Below the pieces are notes generated by a model that saw nothing but the letters and a program-made list of their open reading frames with translations, searched no databases and was not told the origin of the DNA. Below, piece after piece: positions 51,911 to 60,595 of a stretch of DNA of 64,000 nt. The stretch comes from a virus. Each line of letters begins with the position of its first letter. The first letter of the stretch is position 1. The stretch covers positions 6,303-70,302 of the IMG/VR virus record IMGVR_UViG_3300023116_000035; one strand, written 5' to 3'. A program made the translations under genes and the position numbers.

Positions 51911-52449
51911 ACAAAGAAAGAATGCTTATGCTGGCTGACGTTTTAGATAAGGTCAAGCCTATGCAGTTCAACATGGGTGATTGGTTTTCGGTCTATGTTG
52001 GTGATGAAGATTACGCAGAAGAAGATATTTATTATGAAGATTCTGATGTGTTTCGAACAAACACTGTTATGCAAATGAATGGCTATAATTGCGATGCTGC
52101 TGCTTGCATTGCGGGTTGGGCTGTTGTTTTAAAGAATGACTTTGCTGTTAACAATCCTAACACTTTGTGTGTCAATAGTTCTAGTCGCAATAGTTGGGAT
52201 GAACGTCTTGCTGCTGGTGAACTTCCAGTTATGCAAGAGGCTAAGGAATATCTTGAACTTACAGTTGATCAGTCAATTGGTTTGTTTTTGAATGAAGATG
52301 GGTATTCTGTGTGGCAATATTATGCCGGAGACTTGGGTATTAAAGATACTCATTACATTAGTCTTAATGATATTACTCCTAAGATGGCTGCAATGGCTTT
52401 GCGTAATCTTGCTAATGAGAAGTGGAAGTTTCCTGCTGATGAGCACTAA
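51907..52449 (+). CDS. Hypothetical protein, paralogue of previous gene
   Basis: 'CDAAACIAGWAVVLKND', 'KMAAMALRNLANEKW'. Confidence 0.7.
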   Translation: MNKERMLMLADVLDKVKPMQFNMGDWFSVYVGDEDYAEEDIYYEDSDVFRTNTVMQMNGYNCDAAACIAGWAVVLKNDFAVNNPNTLCVNSSSRNSWDERLAAGELPVMQEAKEYLELTVDQSIGLFLNEDGYSVWQYYAGDLGIKDTHYISLNDITPKMAAMALRNLANEKWKFPADEH

Positions 52450-53632
52450 AAAGATTGATGCAAGTCAATGGGAAAATGATATCCCTACATATCGTGAGAT
52501 TATGGATGAAAGAAAGTTACATGAAATTGATCCTAATCAATACAACCCTTGGAATTTTTTCTTAACATATAAAGGAGAGAATAAAAATGGAAAGAAGTGA
52601 TACTTATAATAAGCATTTGCTTATTGAGGACTTTTGGTTGAGAGGATATTATCTTGCTCTTATGAATTGTCGTGTTGTTGATGTAAAAGTCAATGCTCAA
52701 ATTAACGATTACGGTGAAGAATTGTGGCCTGTGATTGTCTTTGAAGATGCAAATGGTGAGCAATTTGAGTGTGAAATTAGCCGTGACCCTGAAGGTAATG
52801 GGCCTGGTTTCATGTTTGGTCTGCCTCAGTATTCTGTTCCAGAACACATTCGCAAAGGCTTTGAGTCTTTAGATAGTGAAGATCTTAAAATTATAATGAA
52901 AGGTAAGTTTGGTATCTGATGGGTCCAAGAAATAAAACATCTCATGGTATCACAAATAAAAATGAAACTGTTGGTAAGCATGTTCGGTTTATTGGTATGG
53001 GCGGTAATTGGTACAATTGCCCTCAATGTAATCGTAAGTTTGCGAGAGGGTTCTTCTGGGAAGAGGGAGATAAGAACGGATGTTCGCAAACGTGCCTTAA
53101 GAAACAAATCTAATTACATGTACGAATAAATAATCATAATGATGAATAAATATCAACGAACGGGGAATTTTGGAGTCAACATTTTACACAGTATTCGACG
53201 AAAACAATTTGGACTTTCCGGAAGTGGAGGATATCGCTCAATGTTTTGCAAACGTCTATGACGATTTTGGTAGACCTGATCCTGACAGTAATCTTGATCT
53301 TTATCGAGAGAAGTTACCAGAGATGTTGCAGAAGGTTTGTGACAGTTTGATGATCAAATATATTTACTGTAGCGTAAATATATTGTTGTTCACAGACGGT
53401 GTGGTTGAGGGTAATGACATTGATCAATTGTTGAAGAATTTGAAGGAGAAACATCGGAACGATCCAGCTGTTCCACTAGTTGAATAAGTAAACAATACCC
53501 CCAACCCTTTTATGCAGTAATCCTTAGGATTGTTTAAACATAAATTGTGTTGGGGGTACTTTAACTTACATTAAGTTTTGCTCGCCTTAGAGAGCAAATT
53601 AGACGGGTCTGAGAGGACTCTGGAGGTATAAA

Positions 53633-53848
53633 ATGACAGGTTGGAATATCGATTACTCTTTGCGTGGTACTCGTATTGAGTTGGTTCATACTAGTGATCC
53701 TTATACTAAGTTGAAGCCAGGAGATAAAGGTACTATTAAGTTTGAACATCAGGATAGTATTGCTGTGATGTGGGACTGTGGTTCTGCTCTTAGCATGAGA
53801 GAATGTGATGGAGATAGGTTCAAGGTTTTGGAGGAAGAAAATGTCTGA
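53633..53848 (+). CDS. DUF4314-like protein
   Basis: 'GTRIELV...DPY..L.PG.KGT......I.V.WD.GS.L'. Confidence 0.7.
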   Translation: MTGWNIDYSLRGTRIELVHTSDPYTKLKPGDKGTIKFEHQDSIAVMWDCGSALSMRECDGDRFKVLEEENV

Positions 53849-55530
53849 TCAGTATACGGTTTGGAAGTTGTTTATAGGTCATGAAGATGCAAAGGGTACA
53901 CCTGAGGAAACTGCTGAGATCTATAATGATCTGATCCTAGAGGCTTTAAATGAGAAACTGGCACCGGCTTTTATTGATTTGGAGTGTGAGGATTACGGCA
54001 GTCCTAATGCTGTCTTTGATGTGGAGGATTTAGATGATTGATGAAATGTATATAGTTATGCATGGAAATCCTTTTGAGGGCTATCAGTTTTTCGGTCCTT
54101 TTGGAACTATAGATGATGCACAGGATTGGGGTGAATCTAATTCTGAATTAGAGTGGTACTTGGTTCGATTAGAAGAGCCTGAGGGTGCTGATTACATTAA
54201 GGGTGGCTATTACTGGTCAGATGCGGCTAAAGAGATTGTTCAGGAAATGAGGAAGGCTAATGGGTCTTGATTTCAGCGAGTATAAGGCTGACCCTAATTT
54301 TTGTGTCTATTGTAGGCGTAGAGATATAGGTATTCATGACAATTATGTCATGGAGAAAGATGTGATTGTTGTGACTGTTTCTTGCAACATTTGTGATGGG
54401 AAATGGACTGAATGTTATACGTTGAGTTCTGTATCTTATGACGACAACTTTGTTGCAAAGACTGCTGAACAATTGGATCATGAGTATCGTATTGCGAATA
54501 TGACTGAGGAGGAAATTTATGGAAGATAATTATATTCCGGATTGGTTTGATGCGATTCTTCGTATCAGATACAACTCTGACGTTCTCATTGAGGAATTGC
54601 AAAAGGATGGAATTGAGAATGTTACTATTGATGACATTATGATCGCCATTGATCGCAAGTTGACTGATCTTTATGGTCATCGTAGTAGTCGTGAATTTGT
54701 TGTGTTTGATTCTGATGGAGAGGAGTGGTAATGGATAATCGGTTGTTGAATGCTCAGAGTACTAAGATTGCTTCTTGGTTGAAAGATAATGGTTACACTT
54801 CACTGGTTGAGTGGGGTTTGGATTCTGATTATTGTATGGATGATGATGGGATTTGGTACGATGACAATGGTAATGCAGTGGATATCTTCTCCCAAGCTTA
54901 CTATGCAATGGAGGCAGCAAATGAAAGTGTGTAAAGATTGCGGTTCTGATGCGGTTACTGAGATCGCTTATATCATCTTGAATGATAACGATTATGTTAG
55001 TAGGTCTGGCATATTTGTTTGTGATATTTGTACTATGAATCATCCTAGAAGCGAGGGGATTGGGGTGGTTGATCAAAATAAGGCACCGATAAGGGGAATA
55101 TAATGACTGAAACGGGTGAGTATCTTAATGATTTGGAGTGGTTGCATTTTTTGGTTTTAGAGATGCAGGATGATGGATATGAGTTACCTGCCGGTGATTA
55201 TGATATGGTAATCAAAATCGTAGAGGATGTTAGGGAATACTTCCTGCTTAAATGGGTGAAGGAAAATGTCTGAGAATTCTGGCGGGGTGAAAGTATTTAT
55301 ATCTATAGATAGATACATAGATATAGATACGTATCTCAGACTAGGATACGCCCCAATTCAGATTCTGAATTAAGAAAATACGTACAGAATAACGTATAAC
55401 GTTCTTGTGTTGTGTGTTCAAATAAAGGTAAATATATTAAAGAAAGAGACTAGTTTTTAGCATTTATCACATAAAATCGTAAAAAACCTTAGGATTATTT
55501 ACTTTTCCTATGTATGGCTGCGTCAATTAG

Positions 55531-55588
55531 GCGGGTATGGGTTGTGTTCCCTCTATCTATAGAGAGAAACACCTATACCCGCTTTTTT
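55531..55588 (+). terminator. Long hairpin with U-tract ending the + strand block
   Basis: GCGGGTAT...ATACCCGC then T6. Confidence 0.65.
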
Positions 55589-56088
55589 GCGTTATGCCCT
55601 AATTTTCCTAAGGGTTTAAATATAAGTGTGTCTATCCCCTATCTATAGGTGGGCACATAAAGCCGCCATAAAGTTTATTATGATTTGTATCATAAAGTTC
55701 AGGCGGGGATATGGGTGTATCTGTACTACTAGAATAGATAGTAGATATGACCCCGGCATAAAGTTTGCCATAAAGTCTTGGATGAATTTCAGATTTTACA
55801 TTGGTGTAATCTGTTAACTAGATTTTTCTCTATCTTTCATTAGTTAGTTACTAAATTGTTTTGCTTGTGTTAGGTTAGTTTTGTTACAGTGCTAACCTAA
55901 CGCATTCAACTTGGAGCAGTATGTTAGGTTAGTTTCGAACCAGTGCTAACCTAACGAACCAGGCCATCTAACGCAAAAGACCCTCACCTAACTTGGACCG
56001 GTATCTGTCCTTGTTAGATGAGGGTCTAGTGCCATCGGCTGTGTTAGCCGGAGCCTCCCACCTGGTTTGTTAGGTGGGGTTTGTTAGG

Positions 56089-56373
56089 TCACGCCTTGCG
56101 TGTTACCTGAGGCACACCGGCGGGCGACCAACGGACACCGACCCGGATGTTAGCGACCTTAGCCGCTGACCGGATTTGGTTTCCGTTAGTTACCTGCTCC
56201 GCTTTGGTTGTGGCCGTTAGTTCGGCAATGCGAGCGATGTCCCCAACCTTTAGGTTAGAAAGGACCTGCTCTGCCAGTGCCTGAACTAACTCAGAGGGCT
56301 TGCGACCCCGCTGTGTTACCTCAACCTCAGCTTCGGTGATGACCTCGAATGAGAAGTTCGTCATGTTAGACAA
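56089..56373 (-). CDS. RGR-family small protein (start may be ATG 56364)
   Basis: Clearly paralogous to ORF 56958 (shared 'TQRGR.PSE', 'GNQIRS.AK.A', 'RWSPAGVPQ'). Confidence 0.85.
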   Translation of the reverse strand: MSNMTNFSFEVITEAEVEVTQRGRKPSELVQALAEQVLSNLKVGDIARIAELTATTKAEQVTNGNQIRSAAKVANIRVGVRWSPAGVPQVTRKA

Positions 56374-56888
56374 ACATCCTTTCCCCGGCTTGTTAGCCGG
56401 ACTGGAGGTGTACCGACGTTAGGTGGATACCCATTCCCAACGTGCTTCCCTAACTATTTGCGTCTGTTAGGTCCAGACGTACCATGCTGTCTCTCCCCGG
56501 TCTGTTAGATGAGGGTCAACTAACAGGCATGGCAAGGGCCGGAGAGGAAAAATCGAACTCTTTAGTTAGAAAGGAGCGTCGCCCCGGAGGGCTACGCCTA
56601 CCTTATCAAGTTAGTTCGGGTAAAGGTAGTGTGTTAGCCATTACTCAGATATTTCTTGTTAGGTAGGCCCTGGCTCTAATGTTAGATGCGTTAAAGTCCG
56701 GACAAATATGTTAGGTTAGATTCGGTCTAGTACTCCCTAACATAAAGCCCTGGCCAGCGTTAGAATATACACTAAAGTTAGATGAGTATGTTAGGTTAGA
56801 ATTGCGGGTGTACAAATTCGACGAAGAGCAGTCGGAACACCCGCCGACCTAACCTAACAGACTTACCTAACCTAACGTATCGACCTAA

Positions 56889-56919
56889 CAAAGAAAGACC
56901 CACCCCGAAGGGTGGGTCT
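56889..56919 (-). terminator. Rho-independent terminator
   Basis: AGACCCACCC-cgaa-GGGTGGGTCT with adjacent A-rich run (UUCG loop and U-rich tail on minus strand). Confidence 0.8.
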
Positions 56920-56957
56920 AACTTAGAGGGAAGGAATGTTAGAAGGGGGGAACTAAC

Positions 56958-57224
56958 TCAGTCCTTCATCTCGATTTGGGGGACACCGGCTGGCGACCAG
57001 CGGATACCAACCTTGCGACCGGCAATCTTTGCACCGGAGCGGATTTGGTTGCCCTTTGTCACTTTGTCAGCATCGTTAGTTGCACGCAACTCTTCGATGC
57101 GGATGATGGCACCCTTTGACTGTGGTTCCAGAATCATTGCGATGGCCTGTGCCTCTTCTGATGGCTGACGACCACGCTGTGTGGTTTCCACATCGTCTTC
57201 GCTGATAAGTTCGAAGTTGAACAT
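56958..57224 (-). CDS. RGR-family small protein
   Basis: AGAGGA RBS; paralogue of ORF 56089. Confidence 0.85.
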   Translation of the reverse strand: MFNFELISEDDVETTQRGRQPSEEAQAIAMILEPQSKGAIIRIEELRATNDADKVTKGNQIRSGAKIAGRKVGIRWSPAGVPQIEMKD

Positions 57225-57266
57225 TGTTTCCTCTCTGCCGAATCAGTTGTTCATCGACTAATAGAT

Positions 57267-57295
57267 ACACTAATGTGTGTTAGCAGCTGACACAA
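57267..57295 (-). promoter_or_regulatory. Sigma70-like promoter TTGTGT-17-TAGTGT with CTAAC in spacer
   Basis: Same position and spacing as in the other cassettes. Confidence 0.55.
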
Positions 57296-57566
57296 GGCTG
57301 GCGGAAAGTTTTTTGTTAGGGGCCTTTTGTTAGAACTGAATACATTTCAGTGTTAGTCCGAATAAAGTCGAACGTTGTGTTAGATATGAGCTAAAGTTAG
57401 GTCTATTTGTTAGGTTAGAACCGCTGGTGTTCAACGCCGAAGCATATCTGATCGGCACACCAGCCCAACTAACCTAACAGGGCAGAACTAACCTAACATG
57501 TCTTGACTAACAAAAAACCCGCCCTCTGTGTTAGAAGGCGGGCTTTATGTTAGGTGTTGGGCTTTG

Positions 57567-58052
57567 TTAGTATTCCCGACAGAACACGACTGCGTAGTTG
57601 TCGTCGTGAGGGTGTCTAACAACTGACCACTTTGCGTAGGAATGAATGTTACGAAGCGCACCATGCATTTTGATTAGTGGTTTTGCACTTCCACCTAACA
57701 CATCGATTGGGAAAATAACATGAGGGTATCGGGTGATTGCCTCAGCCACCGCAATCCGGCTGTTATTTCCAAGAAACTGAACTTTGTTAGGAAGCTTTTC
57801 AAATCCCCTCAATGTCCACAAACAGACGGCTGCTAACGTGCCGGTTTGGTTCCAGGGAGTAATCCAACCAGCATCTACCGCTTTGTTAGCAATGGTTCGG
57901 ATTTCTTCTGCTTGAATGAAATCCTCAAACGGACTATGAGCGACAAAAATCTTGCCGTCTAACTCAGTCACAATGTTATCTTTTATGCTAACAGTGAGTG
58001 AGCTAACTTTGATGTTCGGGTGGGCTTTTGGTTTGTTTGGGTTTGTGTTCAT
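57567..58052 (-). CDS. Hypothetical protein, probably leaderless
   Basis: ATG 7 nt after a -10 box; own terminator at 57512-57543. Confidence 0.75.
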   Translation of the reverse strand: MNTNPNKPKAHPNIKVSSLTVSIKDNIVTELDGKIFVAHSPFEDFIQAEEIRTIANKAVDAGWITPWNQTGTLAAVCLWTLRGFEKLPNKVQFLGNNSRIAVAEAITRYPHVIFPIDVLGGSAKPLIKMHGALRNIHSYAKWSVVRHPHDDNYAVVFCREY

Positions 58053-58059
58053 AGACACA

Positions 58060-58089
58060 AACTTATCAAGTTAGATCAGCCTAATGCAA
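58060..58089 (-). promoter_or_regulatory. Promoter TTGCAT-18-TAAGTT with CTAAC in spacer
   Basis: Direct reading of the minus strand. Confidence 0.6.
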
Positions 58090-58309
58090 TAGTGTTAGAC
58101 ATAAAGTTGGAATTTTTTGTTAGGTCCGAATAAGTCGATGTTATGTTAGAATATGCACTAAAATAACGGTGCTGCGTTAGGTTAGATCTGCGGGTGTGCA
58201 ACTTGGGTTTGTTGTTGCGGAACACCCGCCGTTCTAACCTAACACGCTGGTTCGACCTAACGCAAAAGACCGCCCCCTTGTGTTAGGAGGCGGCCTATGC
58301 GGGGGTATG

Positions 58310-58594
58310 TTAGAGGTCGGGGATTTCTACGTCGTAGAGGTGGCGGGCGCAGTCAGGACAGCATGACCGTGAGCAGTCCACCGAGGTAATCCAGTAGGTT
58401 AGGCCGTTCGGCATTGCCTCTGAGTTAGAGATGTCGGGACGCTCGCAGGTGCGGTTGATTGTCTCCCACACCATGTCGTAGTAGTTGAATGTTAGAACGC
58501 CGGGACGGTTGGGGACTTCGTGTCCGCATTCGAGGGTCACCGTGTCGGGTGACTGATAGGCTGGGTCAGTTAGTTTTTTGAGGTCGTAGGTCAT
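58310..58594 (-). CDS. Cys-containing hypothetical protein (MTYDLKK...)
   Basis: GAAAGGA-CCTAAC-ATG; terminator at 58264-58296. Confidence 0.7.
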   Translation of the reverse strand: MTYDLKKLTDPAYQSPDTVTLECGHEVPNRPGVLTFNYYDMVWETINRTCERPDISNSEAMPNGLTYWITSVDCSRSCCPDCARHLYDVEIPDL

Positions 58595-58605
58595 GTTAGG
58601 TCCTT

Positions 58606-58800
58606 TCAGACGGTTGGTGGGATGTAGGGGACATAGTTGCCGTTGCGCTGTTCGCAGATTGTTAGGTCGGTGACCCCGAACAGGTCGCGTGCGTTGCGAA
58701 TGTAGGTTTCGCAGGACTCTAACGAACCTACATGCTGGACATACTGTCCGTTGTGAACGTAGAGGGTTCGGGGGATGCGCTTTTTGTTTGGTGTGTTCAT
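58606..58800 (-). CDS. Hypothetical protein
   Basis: 64 aa; candidate leaderless start after TAGGGT. Confidence 0.6.
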   Translation of the reverse strand: MNTPNKKRIPRTLYVHNGQYVQHVGSLESCETYIRNARDLFGVTDLTICEQRNGNYVPYIPPTV

Positions 58801-58997
58801 ACACCAAACCCTAATCTGTTAGTTCAGCGTATTCCTACAATGTTAGCCATAAAGTTGATATTTTTTGTTAGACATAAAGGTGTATTGTGTGTTAGATTTG
58901 CACACTAAATCCGGCCTAGTTTGTTAGGTTAGTTCTGAACCAGTTCGGGCTAACGAAAAAGACCCCCCATTTCTGGGGGGTCGAATTCGACGGTAGA

Positions 58998-59459
58998 CTA
59001 GTTCGCAATGAATGCGAACGAATCTTCATCCAATCGTGTCCACGACACCTTGCACGATGCTCCGATACGGTCACCGAATCGGGGAGCGTCACCGTTGAGA
59101 GTGTGCAACCGGAATAGGTTAGAAAGCGTGGTGGTGGCATTCTTAGTGTGCTTCTCTGTCCACACTTCCACGTTGGCAATGTCCCGAACCCGAATGACAA
59201 CATGCGGGGTCTTCGGGTTAGTTGCAAGAATGTCGGCAACGTGCGAAGTGTGAATCTGAGTTGTGTCTCCCCATTCTGCCATTCTGTTAGCAACGTGGTC
59301 AGCGACACCGACACGAACCAATGCGGCAATGGCTGACCATGATGCAATGGCTTCGTTAGAAGTGGGAGCACCCTTGCGACTTAACACTAGGTCTCTATCT
59401 TCACGCTTTACCGTTACACCTTGTCGGGTGATGCTTGCGTTAATTGAGTTGATATTCAT
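58998..59459 (-). CDS. Hypothetical protein (MNINSINASIT...)
   Basis: AGAGGA RBS; terminator at 58956-58982; N-terminus similar to ORF 60596. Confidence 0.75.
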   Translation of the reverse strand: MNINSINASITRQGVTVKREDRDLVLSRKGAPTSNEAIASWSAIAALVRVGVADHVANRMAEWGDTTQIHTSHVADILATNPKTPHVVIRVRDIANVEVWTEKHTKNATTTLSNLFRLHTLNGDAPRFGDRIGASCKVSWTRLDEDSFAFIAN

Positions 59460-59496
59460 TTGGTTCCTCTCTGTTCGGTACTTCCGAACTACGTTC

Positions 59497-59526
59497 ACGT
59501 TATCAAATGGGGTTAGGTCTTCGCAA
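59497..59526 (-). promoter_or_regulatory. Promoter TTGCGA-18-TAACGT with CTAAC in spacer
   Basis: Direct reading of the minus strand. Confidence 0.5.
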
Positions 59527-59772
59527 CTTAACATAAAGCTGATTCTTTCCGTTAGTCGAATAAAGTTGGTTACCATGTTAGTTCCATAAAGGCAACCTAT
59601 TAGTTAGGTTGCATACTCAACTTCTTGTTAGGTTGCATGTTAGAATTGCGGGTGTGTAACCGCTGCGCGATCAATTATACACACCCGCCTAACCTAACAT
59701 ACGTATCTAACCTAGCTGCGGTAACTAACAAAGCCGCCCCGTTAGGAGCGGCTCTGTCAGGGAAGGATCTTG

Positions 59773-60006
59773 TTAGTCGTCAGAGATCATCTCTGTTAGT
59801 TCTGCTTCTGTTAGTTGGTATGGATCAACTGCGTTAGCAATCCGGGCAACAGCCTCTTCCATACCTAACTGAAAGGCTCGATCAAGTTTCTCGTTAGCCT
59901 CACGCTCCACTATGTTAAGTGTGTTCGTTAGGTAGATGAGCGATGCCCATGCTCCTAACGCTGCTGAGAATGCTACGGTGACGGTGATTGTTAGTACGAT
60001 GAACAT
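59773..60006 (-). CDS. Small membrane-anchored protein
   Basis: GAAGGAAA-CTAAC-ATG; N-terminal hydrophobic helix. Confidence 0.7.
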   Translation of the reverse strand: MFIVLTITVTVAFSAALGAWASLIYLTNTLNIVEREANEKLDRAFQLGMEEAVARIANAVDPYQLTEAELTEMISDD

Positions 60007-60047
60007 GTTAGTTTCCTTCCTGTCAGGGGGTTGACCTGACACCTACG

Positions 60048-60076
60048 AATGTAGTCTGTGTTAGGTGTCAAGTCAA
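60048..60076 (-). promoter_or_regulatory. Promoter TTGACT-17-TACATT with CTAAC in spacer
   Basis: Near-consensus sigma70 boxes. Confidence 0.7.
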
Positions 60077-60096
60077 CCTTTCCGACGAATGTTATG

Positions 60097-60303
60097 TTAG
60101 AGACCCCATGCGTCACGGTGACGCTTTGCGATGGCCTCGGCCTGTGCGTTAGATACGCAGTAGAGGTGGTGGATCACGCTGTCGGAGGAGTCTCCGTTAG
60201 GTGACTGGTACCAGAGTTCGATGATCGTGTCGATGACAACGACGGCTGTTAGGTCACCTTTGACGCTGACCTTTGGGACTGTTATGTTAGGGCGGGTAGT
60301 CAT
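60097..60303 (-). CDS. Hypothetical protein (MTTRPNIT...)
   Basis: GAAGGAA-CTAAC-A-ATG. Confidence 0.7.
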   Translation of the reverse strand: MTTRPNITVPKVSVKGDLTAVVVIDTIIELWYQSPNGDSSDSVIHHLYCVSNAQAEAIAKRHRDAWGL

Positions 60304-60350
60304 TGTTAGTTCCTTCCTGTTGTGGTGGGTACTTCCCACCGACAAAGAAC

Positions 60351-60379
60351 AACCTACTCTGTTAGATACGGAATGTCAA
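60351..60379 (-). promoter_or_regulatory. Promoter TTGACA-17-TAGGTT with CTAAC in spacer
   Basis: Consensus -35; CTTTATG immediately upstream. Confidence 0.75.
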
Positions 60380-60561
60380 CATAAAGTCTGAATGTTATGT
60401 TAGCCATGTCTACTCAAATTGTTATATCTGTTAGGTTAGTTGCGTGGGTGGCATAAAGGTTAGAGTTTGTGTTAGTTCTCCATAAAGTTCGCACGTTGTG
60501 TTAGATGTGCTCAAATATGAGCTAAATGTTAGGTTAGTTTCGCCCTAGTAGGGGCGCACCT

Positions 60562-60585
60562 CGACCGGCCCCGAAGGGCCGGTCG
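60562..60585 (-). terminator. GC-rich hairpin after ORF 60596
   Basis: CGACCGGCCC-cgaa-GGGCCGGTCG (UUCG loop on minus strand). Confidence 0.65.
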
Positions 60586-60595
60586 GTGGTGGCTC

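Larger units (their letters stand above)
37172..55273 (+). other. Block of ~45 small, mostly acidic, translationally coupled hypothetical genes (accessory/early-type region)
   Basis: Dense + strand ORFs of 55-300 aa with ATGA/TAATG overlaps and GGAG RBSs. Confidence 0.8.
55843..60540. repeat. CTAAC/GTTAG-saturated cassette array
   Basis: ~135-140 copies by manual count in ~4.7 kb, in coding and intergenic DNA; recurring GTTAGGTTAG...CTAACCTAAC sites. Confidence 0.95.

Noticed and set aside
799-54680. Numerous minus-strand ORFs opposite + strand genes (e.g. 3529, 4375, 23659, 30803)
   Set aside because: Ile/Asn/His-rich shadows caused by T-ending codon bias; no RBS or recognisable motifs
56790-59698. 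Canonical integron attC cassettes
   Set aside because: GTTAGGT/ACCTAAC fits GTTRRRY/RYYYAAC and several stops lie in CTAAC, but the conserved hairpins have the opposite order (GTT first, AAC second), the cassettes have their own promoters, and no integrase is visible; kept only as an analogy
55843-60540. CRISPR array
   Set aside because: Repeats are 5-10 bp, in both orientations, irregularly spaced and inside genes; there is no cas operon, and the Cas4-like gene sits in the recombination block
55869-60540. (TTAGG)n telomeric repeat or eukaryotic contamination
   Set aside because: Never more than two tandem units; embedded among genes with bacterial promoters, RBSs and terminators
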